From a virus: a stretch of 64,000 nucleotides of DNA. The translations under genes were made by a program, and so were the position numbers. Shown here piece by piece: positions 28,895 to 39,527 of this stretch (within the stretch, counting starts at the first letter, position 1; each line of letters begins with the position of its first letter). The notes below the pieces were generated by a model. It saw only the letters and a list, made by a program, of their open reading frames with translations. It had not been told where the DNA came from and made no database searches. The stretch covers positions 24,288 to 88,287 of the IMG/VR virus record IMGVR_UViG_3300010970_000150; one strand, given 5' to 3'.

Positions 28895-31456
28895 ATGGCT
28901 AAAACTTTTGGACAGTATACTGGTGGCATCCAACCCATCCAAGGCATCAGCGAATTCGGTGCTCAGCAAGCGGCTAGCATAGAGCGTACTATGGGCGGTC
29001 TTGCTAATACCATTACTAAGACCTATGATACACTCAACCAGCAGGAAGAAGAGAACTCCGCTAACAAGGAACTGATTAAAGGTCAGTCTGGAAACCTTGC
29101 CGCTATCAAGAAGTTGATGGATGCCAATCCTGACACCAAGGATAGTCCTTTGTCTCAGAGCATCACCGAAATGATTGCCAAGTTGGATTCCGCTGGTGAC
29201 CTCAATCGTGGACAACTCAAGGGACTCCTGAAGTCCTCTGAAGTCTTCACATCCCAGTTGCCCCTTACGATGCAGTTGCAGGATAAGGCGTTCTTGGCTC
29301 AGACTACTGCTGGCGTTCAGAAGGCTCTTGCGGCTCTCAAGAATCAGACAGTCAAGGATAGCAAAGGCTACGACATTCCTGTTCCTAGTTTTGCTGGTGG
29401 AAGCCCTGAGAAGTACCAGAAAGACCTACAGACCTTTTTTGAACAACACAAGAAGGACAACCCTGAGGTTCAACTTGATGTTGGCAAGGCTGTCAGAGAT
29501 TCCGTTCAACTTCAAATCCAGCGGTTCACTAATGACCCTGACCTGACCAAGGCTGACCCCACTTACAAGCAACACCTAATCAGAGGCTTTGAAGCCCTCA
29601 GCAAGCGTGATGCACTTACCGACAAACTTGCAACTCAGTCCTCTGAAGAGTATGGTACTGGTGAAAATATTATGGGGCAAGTTGGTGATATTGCAACACA
29701 GGACAAACTTGCTACTTCAGCCCCTGCTGACATCCGCAGGGGAGAACTTGCGGCTGACGCTTTAGAGGCTCAGCGTAAGGCTGGAAATCTTCCCCCTGTT
29801 GCTGGCGTTACACCTGAAACTGTTAATGTTGGTGAGCCGCTATCTGCCGTTCAAAAGGCTATAAACGCAGGAAAGCCTGTTTTTGAAGAACTTAATAAAG
29901 CAAAAGCAGACCTTGAAAAGTCTGATGATAAGATTACTCGTGATTTCACATACAAGAATGGAGAGTATGTTGACAAGAATGGAAAGGCTGGAGGTTACGC
30001 TGATGCAAAAGCAAAAAGAGATGCACTAAGAGAAAAAGTCGGCACTCTCACAAAGAAATACAATGACATTAAAATTGGAGATTTCCAAGACGATGTTCCT
30101 ACTAGGGCTGAAGAAGAAATCCTTGCCGCAAATCAACTTACAGAAGAAGGAAAGTTTAAGGCTATGGTTGGAGTTAAGGCTGATAAATTTGAAAAGAAAT
30201 ACCTTGAAGAGTTGTTGCTTGATGTAAAGAAAGGTGGCTATGTTGGCTTTGGAGATAGAATGGCTCAAAATGCCGTTGGCAATGAACGACTAACAAACGA
30301 AGTTTTTAGAGACCCTGATGTTGAAAGATTTGCTGGCAGGCGTTCGTCAATAGAGGCAATGGATGAAGTCACAAAAAAGAGACAAGATTTATTTAAATGG
30401 GTTGGAGAACTTAGAGACAAGCAAGGACTTGGACTGACGGAAGGTGGCAAGGATATTCGTCCTGCTCAAAAACTTGCCGTTCTTAGCGAACTTGAAAAAA
30501 GGATTTCAGACATTGATAAGCGTCTTGCAAATCCTGTTCCCGCTAAAATTGTGACTCCTGCCGATGCAAGAGCACAAGCCGCTGGCATTGTTGCTGGAGG
30601 GGAAGCCCCAGCCGCTGAAGCACCCAAGCCTGACATCTATGCGATGGGCTTTGATTATAAGATGACAATTCCGGGGGTCTTTGTTAATGAAAGACCTCTC
30701 ACCTACGATGAAGAGAGAGAAGGAGTTCGCAAGTGGTTTGAAGAAAATCACAATGGCGTTGTTCCTACTACTATTGATTCTATCTATAAGACTATCAGAC
30801 CTGAAGCGGCTCTCAAATTTGCAAAAGGTCCGAATGGAGAAAATCTAATGCACACAGATAAGGGTTGGACGCAGATGACCCAATTGACTCAGCCTAAGGG
30901 TATGACCAGCGAAGAGCAAAGTGACGAAACTCTCTTTAAGTTTGGTCAAGTTGTTAATGGAAGAAGAGAACCTATGGAGGCTGTTAAGGGTTCTGGCATT
31001 ATGGTAGTTGGAAACTTTGGTGGAGGAAAGAAAAGAGCCGAAGCGTTTGCACAGAACCTTCAGGATGTAGCCACCCTTCAGGAATCCATTCCTGCACTTA
31101 TAGAAATGTTTAAGAAACCCGGTCACTCAATCAGTATATTGAATCAAAAAGAACACGGCATTGCTATGTCTCACTTGGCAAAGATTCGTGCCGCCATTCG
31201 TGTTGAAACTGTCGGAACTGGACCAGTTGCTCTTCCTGAACACGAAATGATTAACAAACGCCTTGGTGACCCCAATGCCACCCTTACCTTTGACACAACT
31301 GAAATTGCTAAATTGCAAGAGATTCTTAATACAGGCAAAAGCAATTTACAGAGACAGGGCGTTGGGCTTAATGTTACCTTTAGACCTCCCTCTAAAAACG
31401 GACAAAATCCTGTACAGCAAAATAGAGTTGCCAATGCCATCAGCAGAGGTAACTAA
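28895..31456 (+). CDS. Internal virion (ejection) protein
   Basis: 853 aa, helical, between small and giant internal proteins. Confidence 0.65.
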   Translation: MAKTFGQYTGGIQPIQGISEFGAQQAASIERTMGGLANTITKTYDTLNQQEEENSANKELIKGQSGNLAAIKKLMDANPDTKDSPLSQSITEMIAKLDSAGDLNRGQLKGLLKSSEVFTSQLPLTMQLQDKAFLAQTTAGVQKALAALKNQTVKDSKGYDIPVPSFAGGSPEKYQKDLQTFFEQHKKDNPEVQLDVGKAVRDSVQLQIQRFTNDPDLTKADPTYKQHLIRGFEALSKRDALTDKLATQSSEEYGTGENIMGQVGDIATQDKLATSAPADIRRGELAADALEAQRKAGNLPPVAGVTPETVNVGEPLSAVQKAINAGKPVFEELNKAKADLEKSDDKITRDFTYKNGEYVDKNGKAGGYADAKAKRDALREKVGTLTKKYNDIKIGDFQDDVPTRAEEEILAANQLTEEGKFKAMVGVKADKFEKKYLEELLLDVKKGGYVGFGDRMAQNAVGNERLTNEVFRDPDVERFAGRRSSIEAMDEVTKKRQDLFKWVGELRDKQGLGLTEGGKDIRPAQKLAVLSELEKRISDIDKRLANPVPAKIVTPADARAQAAGIVAGGEAPAAEAPKPDIYAMGFDYKMTIPGVFVNERPLTYDEEREGVRKWFEENHNGVVPTTIDSIYKTIRPEAALKFAKGPNGENLMHTDKGWTQMTQLTQPKGMTSEEQSDETLFKFGQVVNGRREPMEAVKGSGIMVVGNFGGGKKRAEAFAQNLQDVATLQESIPALIEMFKKPGHSISILNQKEHGIAMSHLAKIRAAIRVETVGTGPVALPEHEMINKRLGDPNATLTFDTTEIAKLQEILNTGKSNLQRQGVGLNVTFRPPSKNGQNPVQQNRVANAISRGN

Positions 31457-31464
31457 TAATTTAT

Positions 31465-34400
31465 ATGCCTGAAGAACTCTACAATACTCCTTCTAACAAC
31501 AGCGGCGTGGCAAGTGGCTGGCTGGCTGTTAATGGAGTTGGACAACAAGACCAAGCCCTTCAGGGAATGAATGAAGATACAAAGGCTTACATTGAGACGC
31601 TTCCTCCCTCAGAAAGACAAAAGGCTATTGATGAGTTCAATGCCCCCCTTTCAGGTATGGAGGTTTACGAAGCCCTGAAGCAAAGCCCTGATTTCAAGCC
31701 CACGCACGAGGAGTACACCAAGTACCTCGCTTACGACAAGGAACATAAAACTTCCGTCCTTGAAGGTCTTGGTATGCTCGGTGAGGGTATGAGTGCCGTT
31801 ATGGGTGACTTAGGTAAGGCGGCTGGTGCTGTCATTGACCATCCTATGTCTGGGCTGGCAAAAGCCCCTGCATCCCTCATTGAGGCGTTTGCACAGGGTA
31901 CTCGCAACCTCTATGGTATGGTGGCTCAGTCTGCTAGCCCTGATAGCGTGTTGTTCAAGATGAAGAACGCTCTTGCTGGCGATGGTACTGTTGACGGCTA
32001 CAATCAATTCCTAGAGGCTCGTAAGTTCAATAAACATTCTGCGGCTCTTGCTGAAGGCAAGGAGACCCTAGTTATGGACAAGGATGTCATTGACCACGAC
32101 CTCACTTTGGCGATGTCTTATATCGCTGACCCTACACTATTTATTCCGTTTGGCAATGCGGCTTCTGCGGCTATGAAGGCTGTTGGTATGGGCGAGAAGA
32201 TTGCCCTTATGGGTGGCAGAGCCGCTTCTATTAAGGCGGCTGTCATTGGTGGCGGCTTGAAGTGGGGCGTTGGTGCTCCCATTGAAGCACTTGCTAGTGT
32301 CACCAGAGGTACAATTGAAAGAGGTGCGGCTCTTGGTGGTGCTGTCTTAGAAACCACTACAGGCATCTCTGCGGCTGAACTCAAGGCTACGGCTAAACTT
32401 TCTGCCGCTGGTACGACCACGGCTTCTGCTCTTGGTGGTCATATTCCTATTATCTCTGATATCAGCAACACCTATGTTGCGGCTGGTGCGGCTAGAGGCT
32501 TTGGTGAAGCCATTGGTGCTGTTGGTGAACAGATTCAGAAACAAGGCTTTAATCGTGGATACAACTCTTTTGCTCGTGAGGCTTTTGAGCAGACAAAAGG
32601 TCTTTCTCCCCACGCCAAGGGACTCCTGAAAGTACTTGATGCCGTTGACCCTATGTTCTCATATGGCTATGGTACGGCTGTTGGTGCTGGACACGGAGCA
32701 CTCATTGGTGGCACTCTTGGATACCTGAACGCTGGAGAAGAAGGTATGTACCACGGAATGGGTGCTGGTATTGCCCTTGGTGCTACTGGTGCTGTGGGTG
32801 GCAGGATGTTTGCTGATGTTGCTGGTGGCACTAAGATGGCTAGAGCAGAAATTCAAGGAGGCTTTGTCATTGAAAATATGAGGGCTGACAAGCACATCAA
32901 CTTAGAGGCTACTGAACTCTACCTTGAACTGGCTACTCGCAATGGAGACAGGGCTGGTGCTTTGCAAGTCATTGGAGGTCTAGACAGAGTTGCTCCTGAT
33001 ATGAGACTCATCCTTGGAAATGTAGAAAGCCAAAAGAAACTTCTTCAATCCAAAGGACTTAACGAACACGGACATAAGGTTGACCCTAAGACTGGAAAGG
33101 TTGAAATGCGTAATGGAAAGCCTATTGAATACGAAGCCCCCCTTGCTGGCTTCTATGGTGGTGAAGGTTTTGTTATGCACACCGACAGAGATGGCAACGG
33201 CAAACAACAGGTCACAGTTGTGATTAACACAGACGCTCTTGCTAGTGGCAAAAAGAATGTGATGCACCACGAACTTTTCCACGCTGTCTTCAAGACAACG
33301 ATTATGGAGAAGATGTTCAGAGACAACTTTGCTGAGGCTATCCTTGGAAAGTTTGATGCTAATGGCATTAAAGTCAAGGACTCTGAAATTAACCCCAAGG
33401 AGTTCAAGGCATTTGTTACACGAGAACTTGCTAACACAGTAGACCCTGCTACGAATAAGAAACTTGCTCCTGCTGAACTGACTAGAAGACTTAAAGAGTT
33501 CGATTATCACCTTGCTGAATATCAGAAGGCTGGAACTACGGCTAAGATGAATCCTGACTCTGCCAAGGCTCTTAACTATCTTGTTGAAGAATTTGGTGCT
33601 CACTACGCTACACAATTTATGAAGGGTAAGCCTGTTGACTATCTGTTCAGAGGAGCAGAGTACACAGGTATGCAAGGCGTTATGGACAGACTCCACAACG
33701 GATTCCTAGACTTCTGGCAGGGTCAGACTGGTAGGCAGAACCCAACCTTTGGAGACTTTACAGCCAAGGGCTTTGATGAATCGTTTGCACCCAATAAAGG
33801 CAAGCGTACACTCGACCAAAGAAGCCCTGCTCTTGACTATATGGTGCAAGACCTCCTGCGTTCGGTTGCTGGTAAACGCAAGGGAAGCACGAATTCTTTT
33901 GATGTTAGAACGATGTCTCCTGAGGCTCGTAACGCTTACTTCAACAGTTCTGGTATGGATGGAGTCAGGGCTTACTACGACAAGGACGGCAAACTCCGTA
34001 ATGTCACAGAGGCTCAGGTAACGGCTGAACGACTTGAAGTCGGTAAGGCTATCCACGAATCCCTGTCTAAACTTGACCCTAAGGAAACCGCAGGTCTTGC
34101 TGACTCTGACGGAAATTTTGGTTCTTCCTCTACGCTTGGCACTAAGTTTAACGACACAGTACTGGCTCACCTTGTTAAAGAAGGTCACATCAGCCAGCAA
34201 CTCGCTGAGCGTATTAAGACTGTTCAGGACATTGTCAGCGGTCAGGGTTCTAATCGTGTCTCTTATCTCTACAAAGGAGCGTCACACGAAACAGAAGTTG
34301 GTCCAAATTCCCCTCGTCTTTACGGCAAGGATGTTCCTATCACAGCCAGAGAAACAATTGTTGTTGGTTACAAGATTACAATTAAAAAGGACGGCACTAT

Positions 34401-37400
34401 GTCTCTCGTGATGAAGGGGCTAGATGCTAAGGTGATGGACGAAAGAGGAAACATTCAATGGGCTAAGCCTGAAGTCAGAGCACTCTGGCAGGGCGATAGA
34501 AACGCCTTTGACCAGTCGTTTATGGAGTACCTCAGCAACGCTAGTAAGGCTAGCACGGACAGGACTCGTGTTGAGTCTTCCCTGCTTCCTTCTCTTGCTA
34601 TGGGTGACGGACTTGGTGCTGAGCGTAGAAATGTGATGCACCAGTTCCTTGGTATGGCTAAGCGTAAGGACGCAGGGTACTTCAACACTCCCATTGCTGA
34701 GATTCCTAGAGGCAAGACATCTGTCGTTACTAACTTCACAATGGACACTATGAGTCCTATGCGAAGCGACTCTCCTATTCGTTACGACTTCAACCTCGAC
34801 AACGCCCACAGCGACCTCAGCAGAAACTTCAAGGTGTCCGATATGGACTACGAGAAGACACCTCAGGGTGATGTGTTTACTCACGCATCTAAGTACAAGA
34901 TTGTTGCGGTCAAAGACCAGCAGGCTCACCTGTACGATGCTAACGGAAAATCCCTTGGTGCGTTTAAGGACAAAGACCTCGCTGGAGTTGCTATGGAAAA
35001 GGCTTATGCGGCTGAGCGTGCTGAAACAGAAGTTCGCATTGAACGCATTAAGGAAGACCAACAGAAGCAACAGCAGAACTTCAAGGTGTGGGATGAAGGA
35101 ACTATGGAAGAAGGTAGAAGGCTTGGAGACATCTTTGAGACAGAGCAAGGCAAGGCATTCGTTCACGGCACTACTCTTATCCGTCAGACTCGTGAAGAGT
35201 TCTACAGCGACAATTTCTCTAAACTCCGTCAGGCTGACCCTGACACAGTTATGGCAGTCACGGAGCAAATTGCTCAGCGTGGCTATGCCCTCAGAGACCT
35301 CAGAACTAAGGCTTACGACAGACTTCAGGCTGAACTAGCCAAGGGCAAAGGTAAGGAATACAAGTTGGCTCGTGACCAGTACGATGTAATCGTCTCTCAC
35401 GCTGACCGCTACAATGACATCTTGCTTGCCTACGAAAGAGCCACCAGAGCCAAGACCAATGGTCAAGGCATCCTAGACTACATCAACACCCACAGACGCA
35501 CCTCCACAGGCTATGACAATATGGCTAAGGTGTTCTTTGGAGACCACTACGACTCCCAGTTCCAGACAGGTAAACCTGTCACTACAGTCGCTACACACGG
35601 CACAAGCAGTCACGAACTGCTGACCTCCAGAGAGTTCGACCCTAAACAGTCTGGCTCTAAGCACGGAGCAGAGCACGACAAGGTTGGCATCTTCCTTTCT
35701 GGAGAGACCAAGACCTCACACGGCTACGCTGACCCTAAGGAAAAAGACTTTGGCTATCGTCAAGTCAGAGCCGCTATCAAGTTCAATAATCCTCTGGTCG
35801 TTGACGCTCAGTTTAAATGCTATAGCCCTGATGTCTACGAAGGCTATATGAAGAAGGTCAGAGATGGTGGTCACGATGGCGTTATCATCAAGAATGTTTA
35901 CGATGGTGGTAGTGCTGATACTGTCTTCATCGTCAATAACGACTCTGTTAAGGCGAACACGGCTATCATCGACACGCACATCGGTATGGAGCGAGTCAAG
36001 AGACAGTCTGAAAGCATCAGCGATATCTCCGCAGACAGCGACCAAGGCTCTGTCAGATACCCGATTCAGGAGTCTATGCCTCGTGGCAAGGATGTCCGTG
36101 TTGGTTCTCAACTAGGTTTATCTTGGAAGGTAGATGATGCAAATGCTCCTAAGGAATCCGCACAGGACTACAGCCGTCTCAAACTCATTAGAGAAACCCT
36201 TCCGATGCTTATCCCTGAGATTTGGGAAAAACTTAAGAAGACAGGTAGAATCATCAAGAACTACGACCCAAGAGAAATCCTTGGCGAAGTTTTCGTCATC
36301 AATCCTGACGCTATGATTGCAGGCAATGTAAAGATGGGTGACACTACCCTTATCGGAGAAGCCCTAGGTGGACCGAACTTTACTATGGGCGAAGGTGCGA
36401 GGGCTGGCAATGAAGTTTGGGCTAACACCAAGACTGCGGCTGGTACATACGAGAAACAAATTGCTGACATCGTTGACCGAAAGATTAACGACTTAAACAA
36501 AGAAGCAAGAAGACAGAAGTGGTCTAAAGAAAGAATTGATGCGGAGATTGCCAACATCACTACGCATATGGTTATCACAAAAGGAACGAACCAGAAGCCC
36601 CTGAGCAACCCTACGGCATTCAAGGGTGCGTCTGATATCATCAAGACATTCGTTAAAGAAAGTATGCTTAGCGAGGCTGATGTAAAAGCGATGTTCCAGA
36701 AAGAATCTGAGAGCACAGTTCCTAAAGGAAAGGACAAGAAAACTGGCAAGTTCCCTGTGGACGAGAAAGGCGTTAGACTCCGTGAGAGATACCACGCTGA
36801 TGTAATCGACTTCAAGGACATTATGGAACTCCCTCTGGGCGAGTTCTTGGCTGAGGTTGGAAGACGAGCAGAGAAATCGTTTGAGACTAGAGGTGACCTG
36901 ATGAAGGACACCCTAAAGCAACTGGCTCAACTTCCTTCTATGAAGAAAGACGCTAAGAGTCTTGCAAAGATGAGAGCGATGTTTGATGACCCAAACTTCA
37001 AACTTAATAGAGCCGAGAACCTAGGAGAAGCAATCGCCACTAAGTTTTCCGAGCCTTACACGGATGGACTTAAGACATCTGAAGCCTACGCTTCTGTTTC
37101 CTTCAAGGGCAAGGCTAAGGTCGTGAAGGGTTCTCACCCTGACTATCCTTACTCAATTGTCCCAGCAGGAATGGGAGAGCCTACTTTCCACCTATGGTCT
37201 GACGCTATTGCCATTCAGAAACTTGTAGATAAAACAGTTGTTCCTTTTGAAGCCCCGTCTGGTTCTCCTGCTAAATATCTCGATATGTCTAAACTAACGC
37301 CTGCTGAGGCTGGCAATCAACTTGGGTCTAACTCTGTGGGCTATACTAAGGCTAAGATGAAACCGCTTAAAGACATCCCTGCAAGACCTGAGGGCGAAGG

Positions 37401-39225
37401 ACGCATCGGTATGAACTATAAGGTTGATGACATCGCTGGTGCTCCTCGTGAGGGCGGTGCTAAGACTTATACTGAAGGCAACGCTGAGTGGAAGGGTCAG
37501 TTCGTTGGACGCATTGCTGAGCAAAATCCAGACAAGGTAAAAGGGTTGCAAATTAAATACATCGAAAACAAGACAATGTTTAAGGACAAGAACCTTGTTA
37601 CTGTCGTTCTTCATAACGAAGACGGACAACAGGTTGGTATTCTTAACGCTGATGTCTACAAAGATGGCACGGCTAAGATTGTTGACACTCAAGTGGCTGA
37701 GCAATTTGGCAACAGAGGCTATAGCAAACTAATGCTTTCTGAACTTGGCGAGCGTATCAGAAGCCAAGGAGTCAAAGAAGTATACGGAGAGGTTGTTGAT
37801 AAACTGGACAGACCTACCAAAGCCAGAAAGTCTGCTTGGGGTAACGCTGAACTAGACCCTGAATCTATTTCCAATATGTCTGAAAGCGGTCAAGTTACTG
37901 TATCTAAACTTAATCCTGACGCACACTACAAGGTGTCTGACGCAGAGATTGCACAAGTACAAGAAAAGGTTGATATGTTAAAGTCTATAGTAGATAGATA
38001 TGAAAGATTTAAAGATGCTAAGGGCAGAGAAAACTCTGACAATAAGCGTAGATACTGGGATGCTAAGCGAGAGTACAACAAACTTAATGACTATACGCTG
38101 AAGCCTATGCTTGCTGAGATGCAAAAGCAAACTCCTGATACTACGCCTAACCTAAAGCCTTTTGAAGGCAACTTCAAGGTGAGCGATGCGGTTAAGACAG
38201 GCGTTGTTAAACTCGATGAAATCATTGGACGGCTTACTAAGACAGACAACATCTCGCCCTCTCTCAGAGATGCAATGAAGGCGTTGAAGGACGCTGTGCG
38301 TAAGCAGGATGCTACAGACGAGGTGCTTATCCCTGAACTTAGAGAAGCCTACGATGCAATGGTAAGAAGCATTGATGACCAGATGGCTGGTGCATCGCTA
38401 ACTCCTATTGATTCCCTCAAGGAAATCAACAAGGCTCTCAAGCCTCTTGATAAGAAGATTCAAAAGAACTCTGAGCGTATCCAGAAGAACGCTAGAGATG
38501 CACAGGAGGCTGATATGGCTGAAGGTGCTGATGTCGAAAGTCAGGGCATCCAAGAAAGACAAGCGGCTAATCGCAGAGATATGGAAGAAGGTGCTAGCCT
38601 TGAGTCCGACCAATCAACCGCTGAGATAGACCGCAGGCGTGGTGATGCCAGACTTGATATGGAAGAGGGTGCTAACCTTGATTCTGACCAAGTCCATCAA
38701 CAGATTGGCGAGTATAATGCAGACCAGAACGAAGCGGCTAATGTTGAAGCGGCTCAGCCTCGTAACCAGAACCTGCCTCCCCAGTTCCCTAACCCTGCCC
38801 CGACTGTTCCTGCTGGTCTCCCTAGTTACAAGCCGTCAGGTACGCCTGCCTTCCCTAGACCCCCTGCCACGCCTGCCCTGCCTCAGGTCAAGCCTAGCGG
38901 GGCTGTTCCGTTCCCCAGACCTCCCGCTACCCCTGCACTCCCAAGAGGCTCTATAGCCCCTCCTCCCCCCCAAGGAACGCCTGCTCCGAACCCTCTAGCA
39001 CCCAGCCTTACAGCCGCTAAGCCTCTTCCCAAGTTGTCGGCTTGGAGAGGTTGGACGCTTGAAAAGGGTCTTAACGGAGGCTTCTGGAAGAACGCTGTCG
39101 GCTGGATGATTGTAGTCCAAGCGGATAAGTTCAAGGTGTACAACCCTCAAAAGGCTATGCTGGGAATCTATCAAGACCTAGAACAAGCCAAGCGGAGAGT
39201 CCAAAGGGCTGAGCCTAAGCAATGA
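31465..39225 (+). CDS. Giant polyvalent internal virion protein (HEXXH zincin, ART-like and GNAT modules)
   Basis: HELFH...EEFGA; HGT...GIFLS...NNPL...GHDGVIIKNVYD; VAEQFGNRGYSKLML. Confidence 0.8.
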   Translation: MPEELYNTPSNNSGVASGWLAVNGVGQQDQALQGMNEDTKAYIETLPPSERQKAIDEFNAPLSGMEVYEALKQSPDFKPTHEEYTKYLAYDKEHKTSVLEGLGMLGEGMSAVMGDLGKAAGAVIDHPMSGLAKAPASLIEAFAQGTRNLYGMVAQSASPDSVLFKMKNALAGDGTVDGYNQFLEARKFNKHSAALAEGKETLVMDKDVIDHDLTLAMSYIADPTLFIPFGNAASAAMKAVGMGEKIALMGGRAASIKAAVIGGGLKWGVGAPIEALASVTRGTIERGAALGGAVLETTTGISAAELKATAKLSAAGTTTASALGGHIPIISDISNTYVAAGAARGFGEAIGAVGEQIQKQGFNRGYNSFAREAFEQTKGLSPHAKGLLKVLDAVDPMFSYGYGTAVGAGHGALIGGTLGYLNAGEEGMYHGMGAGIALGATGAVGGRMFADVAGGTKMARAEIQGGFVIENMRADKHINLEATELYLELATRNGDRAGALQVIGGLDRVAPDMRLILGNVESQKKLLQSKGLNEHGHKVDPKTGKVEMRNGKPIEYEAPLAGFYGGEGFVMHTDRDGNGKQQVTVVINTDALASGKKNVMHHELFHAVFKTTIMEKMFRDNFAEAILGKFDANGIKVKDSEINPKEFKAFVTRELANTVDPATNKKLAPAELTRRLKEFDYHLAEYQKAGTTAKMNPDSAKALNYLVEEFGAHYATQFMKGKPVDYLFRGAEYTGMQGVMDRLHNGFLDFWQGQTGRQNPTFGDFTAKGFDESFAPNKGKRTLDQRSPALDYMVQDLLRSVAGKRKGSTNSFDVRTMSPEARNAYFNSSGMDGVRAYYDKDGKLRNVTEAQVTAERLEVGKAIHESLSKLDPKETAGLADSDGNFGSSSTLGTKFNDTVLAHLVKEGHISQQLAERIKTVQDIVSGQGSNRVSYLYKGASHETEVGPNSPRLYGKDVPITARETIVVGYKITIKKDGTMSLVMKGLDAKVMDERGNIQWAKPEVRALWQGDRNAFDQSFMEYLSNASKASTDRTRVESSLLPSLAMGDGLGAERRNVMHQFLGMAKRKDAGYFNTPIAEIPRGKTSVVTNFTMDTMSPMRSDSPIRYDFNLDNAHSDLSRNFKVSDMDYEKTPQGDVFTHASKYKIVAVKDQQAHLYDANGKSLGAFKDKDLAGVAMEKAYAAERAETEVRIERIKEDQQKQQQNFKVWDEGTMEEGRRLGDIFETEQGKAFVHGTTLIRQTREEFYSDNFSKLRQADPDTVMAVTEQIAQRGYALRDLRTKAYDRLQAELAKGKGKEYKLARDQYDVIVSHADRYNDILLAYERATRAKTNGQGILDYINTHRRTSTGYDNMAKVFFGDHYDSQFQTGKPVTTVATHGTSSHELLTSREFDPKQSGSKHGAEHDKVGIFLSGETKTSHGYADPKEKDFGYRQVRAAIKFNNPLVVDAQFKCYSPDVYEGYMKKVRDGGHDGVIIKNVYDGGSADTVFIVNNDSVKANTAIIDTHIGMERVKRQSESISDISADSDQGSVRYPIQESMPRGKDVRVGSQLGLSWKVDDANAPKESAQDYSRLKLIRETLPMLIPEIWEKLKKTGRIIKNYDPREILGEVFVINPDAMIAGNVKMGDTTLIGEALGGPNFTMGEGARAGNEVWANTKTAAGTYEKQIADIVDRKINDLNKEARRQKWSKERIDAEIANITTHMVITKGTNQKPLSNPTAFKGASDIIKTFVKESMLSEADVKAMFQKESESTVPKGKDKKTGKFPVDEKGVRLRERYHADVIDFKDIMELPLGEFLAEVGRRAEKSFETRGDLMKDTLKQLAQLPSMKKDAKSLAKMRAMFDDPNFKLNRAENLGEAIATKFSEPYTDGLKTSEAYASVSFKGKAKVVKGSHPDYPYSIVPAGMGEPTFHLWSDAIAIQKLVDKTVVPFEAPSGSPAKYLDMSKLTPAEAGNQLGSNSVGYTKAKMKPLKDIPARPEGEGRIGMNYKVDDIAGAPREGGAKTYTEGNAEWKGQFVGRIAEQNPDKVKGLQIKYIENKTMFKDKNLVTVVLHNEDGQQVGILNADVYKDGTAKIVDTQVAEQFGNRGYSKLMLSELGERIRSQGVKEVYGEVVDKLDRPTKARKSAWGNAELDPESISNMSESGQVTVSKLNPDAHYKVSDAEIAQVQEKVDMLKSIVDRYERFKDAKGRENSDNKRRYWDAKREYNKLNDYTLKPMLAEMQKQTPDTTPNLKPFEGNFKVSDAVKTGVVKLDEIIGRLTKTDNISPSLRDAMKALKDAVRKQDATDEVLIPELREAYDAMVRSIDDQMAGASLTPIDSLKEINKALKPLDKKIQKNSERIQKNARDAQEADMAEGADVESQGIQERQAANRRDMEEGASLESDQSTAEIDRRRGDARLDMEEGANLDSDQVHQQIGEYNADQNEAANVEAAQPRNQNLPPQFPNPAPTVPAGLPSYKPSGTPAFPRPPATPALPQVKPSGAVPFPRPPATPALPRGSIAPPPPQGTPAPNPLAPSLTAAKPLPKLSAWRGWTLEKGLNGGFWKNAVGWMIVVQADKFKVYNPQKAMLGIYQDLEQAKRRVQRAEPKQ

Positions 39226-39527
39226 GCCAAGACCCTCAATCCTTTGACGCTCTAATTGAAGAGTTCAAAAAGACTGGATGGCTCTTTGCTGTCCTTGGTG
39301 GGCTTGGTATGCTGGCTAGGCTTATACTTACGGACGAAAAGTACGAGGTTATGAGATGGTCACGAATGATACTTGCGGGTACTATTGTTGGAATCATCTG
39401 TTATTTCTCCCTAGGCAACACGGACATCGACCCTTTCTATAAGAGCGTTCTGTGCAGTATCTCTGGCTCTATCGCTCCAGAGTTGTTTAACTGGGCGAGA
39501 CGCAAGTTTCTCCAGAAGACCAAATGA
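39222..39527 (+). CDS. Holin-like membrane protein
   Basis: 101 aa, about three hydrophobic segments, basic C-terminus. Confidence 0.65.
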   Translation: MSQDPQSFDALIEEFKKTGWLFAVLGGLGMLARLILTDEKYEVMRWSRMILAGTIVGIICYFSLGNTDIDPFYKSVLCSISGSIAPELFNWARRKFLQKTK

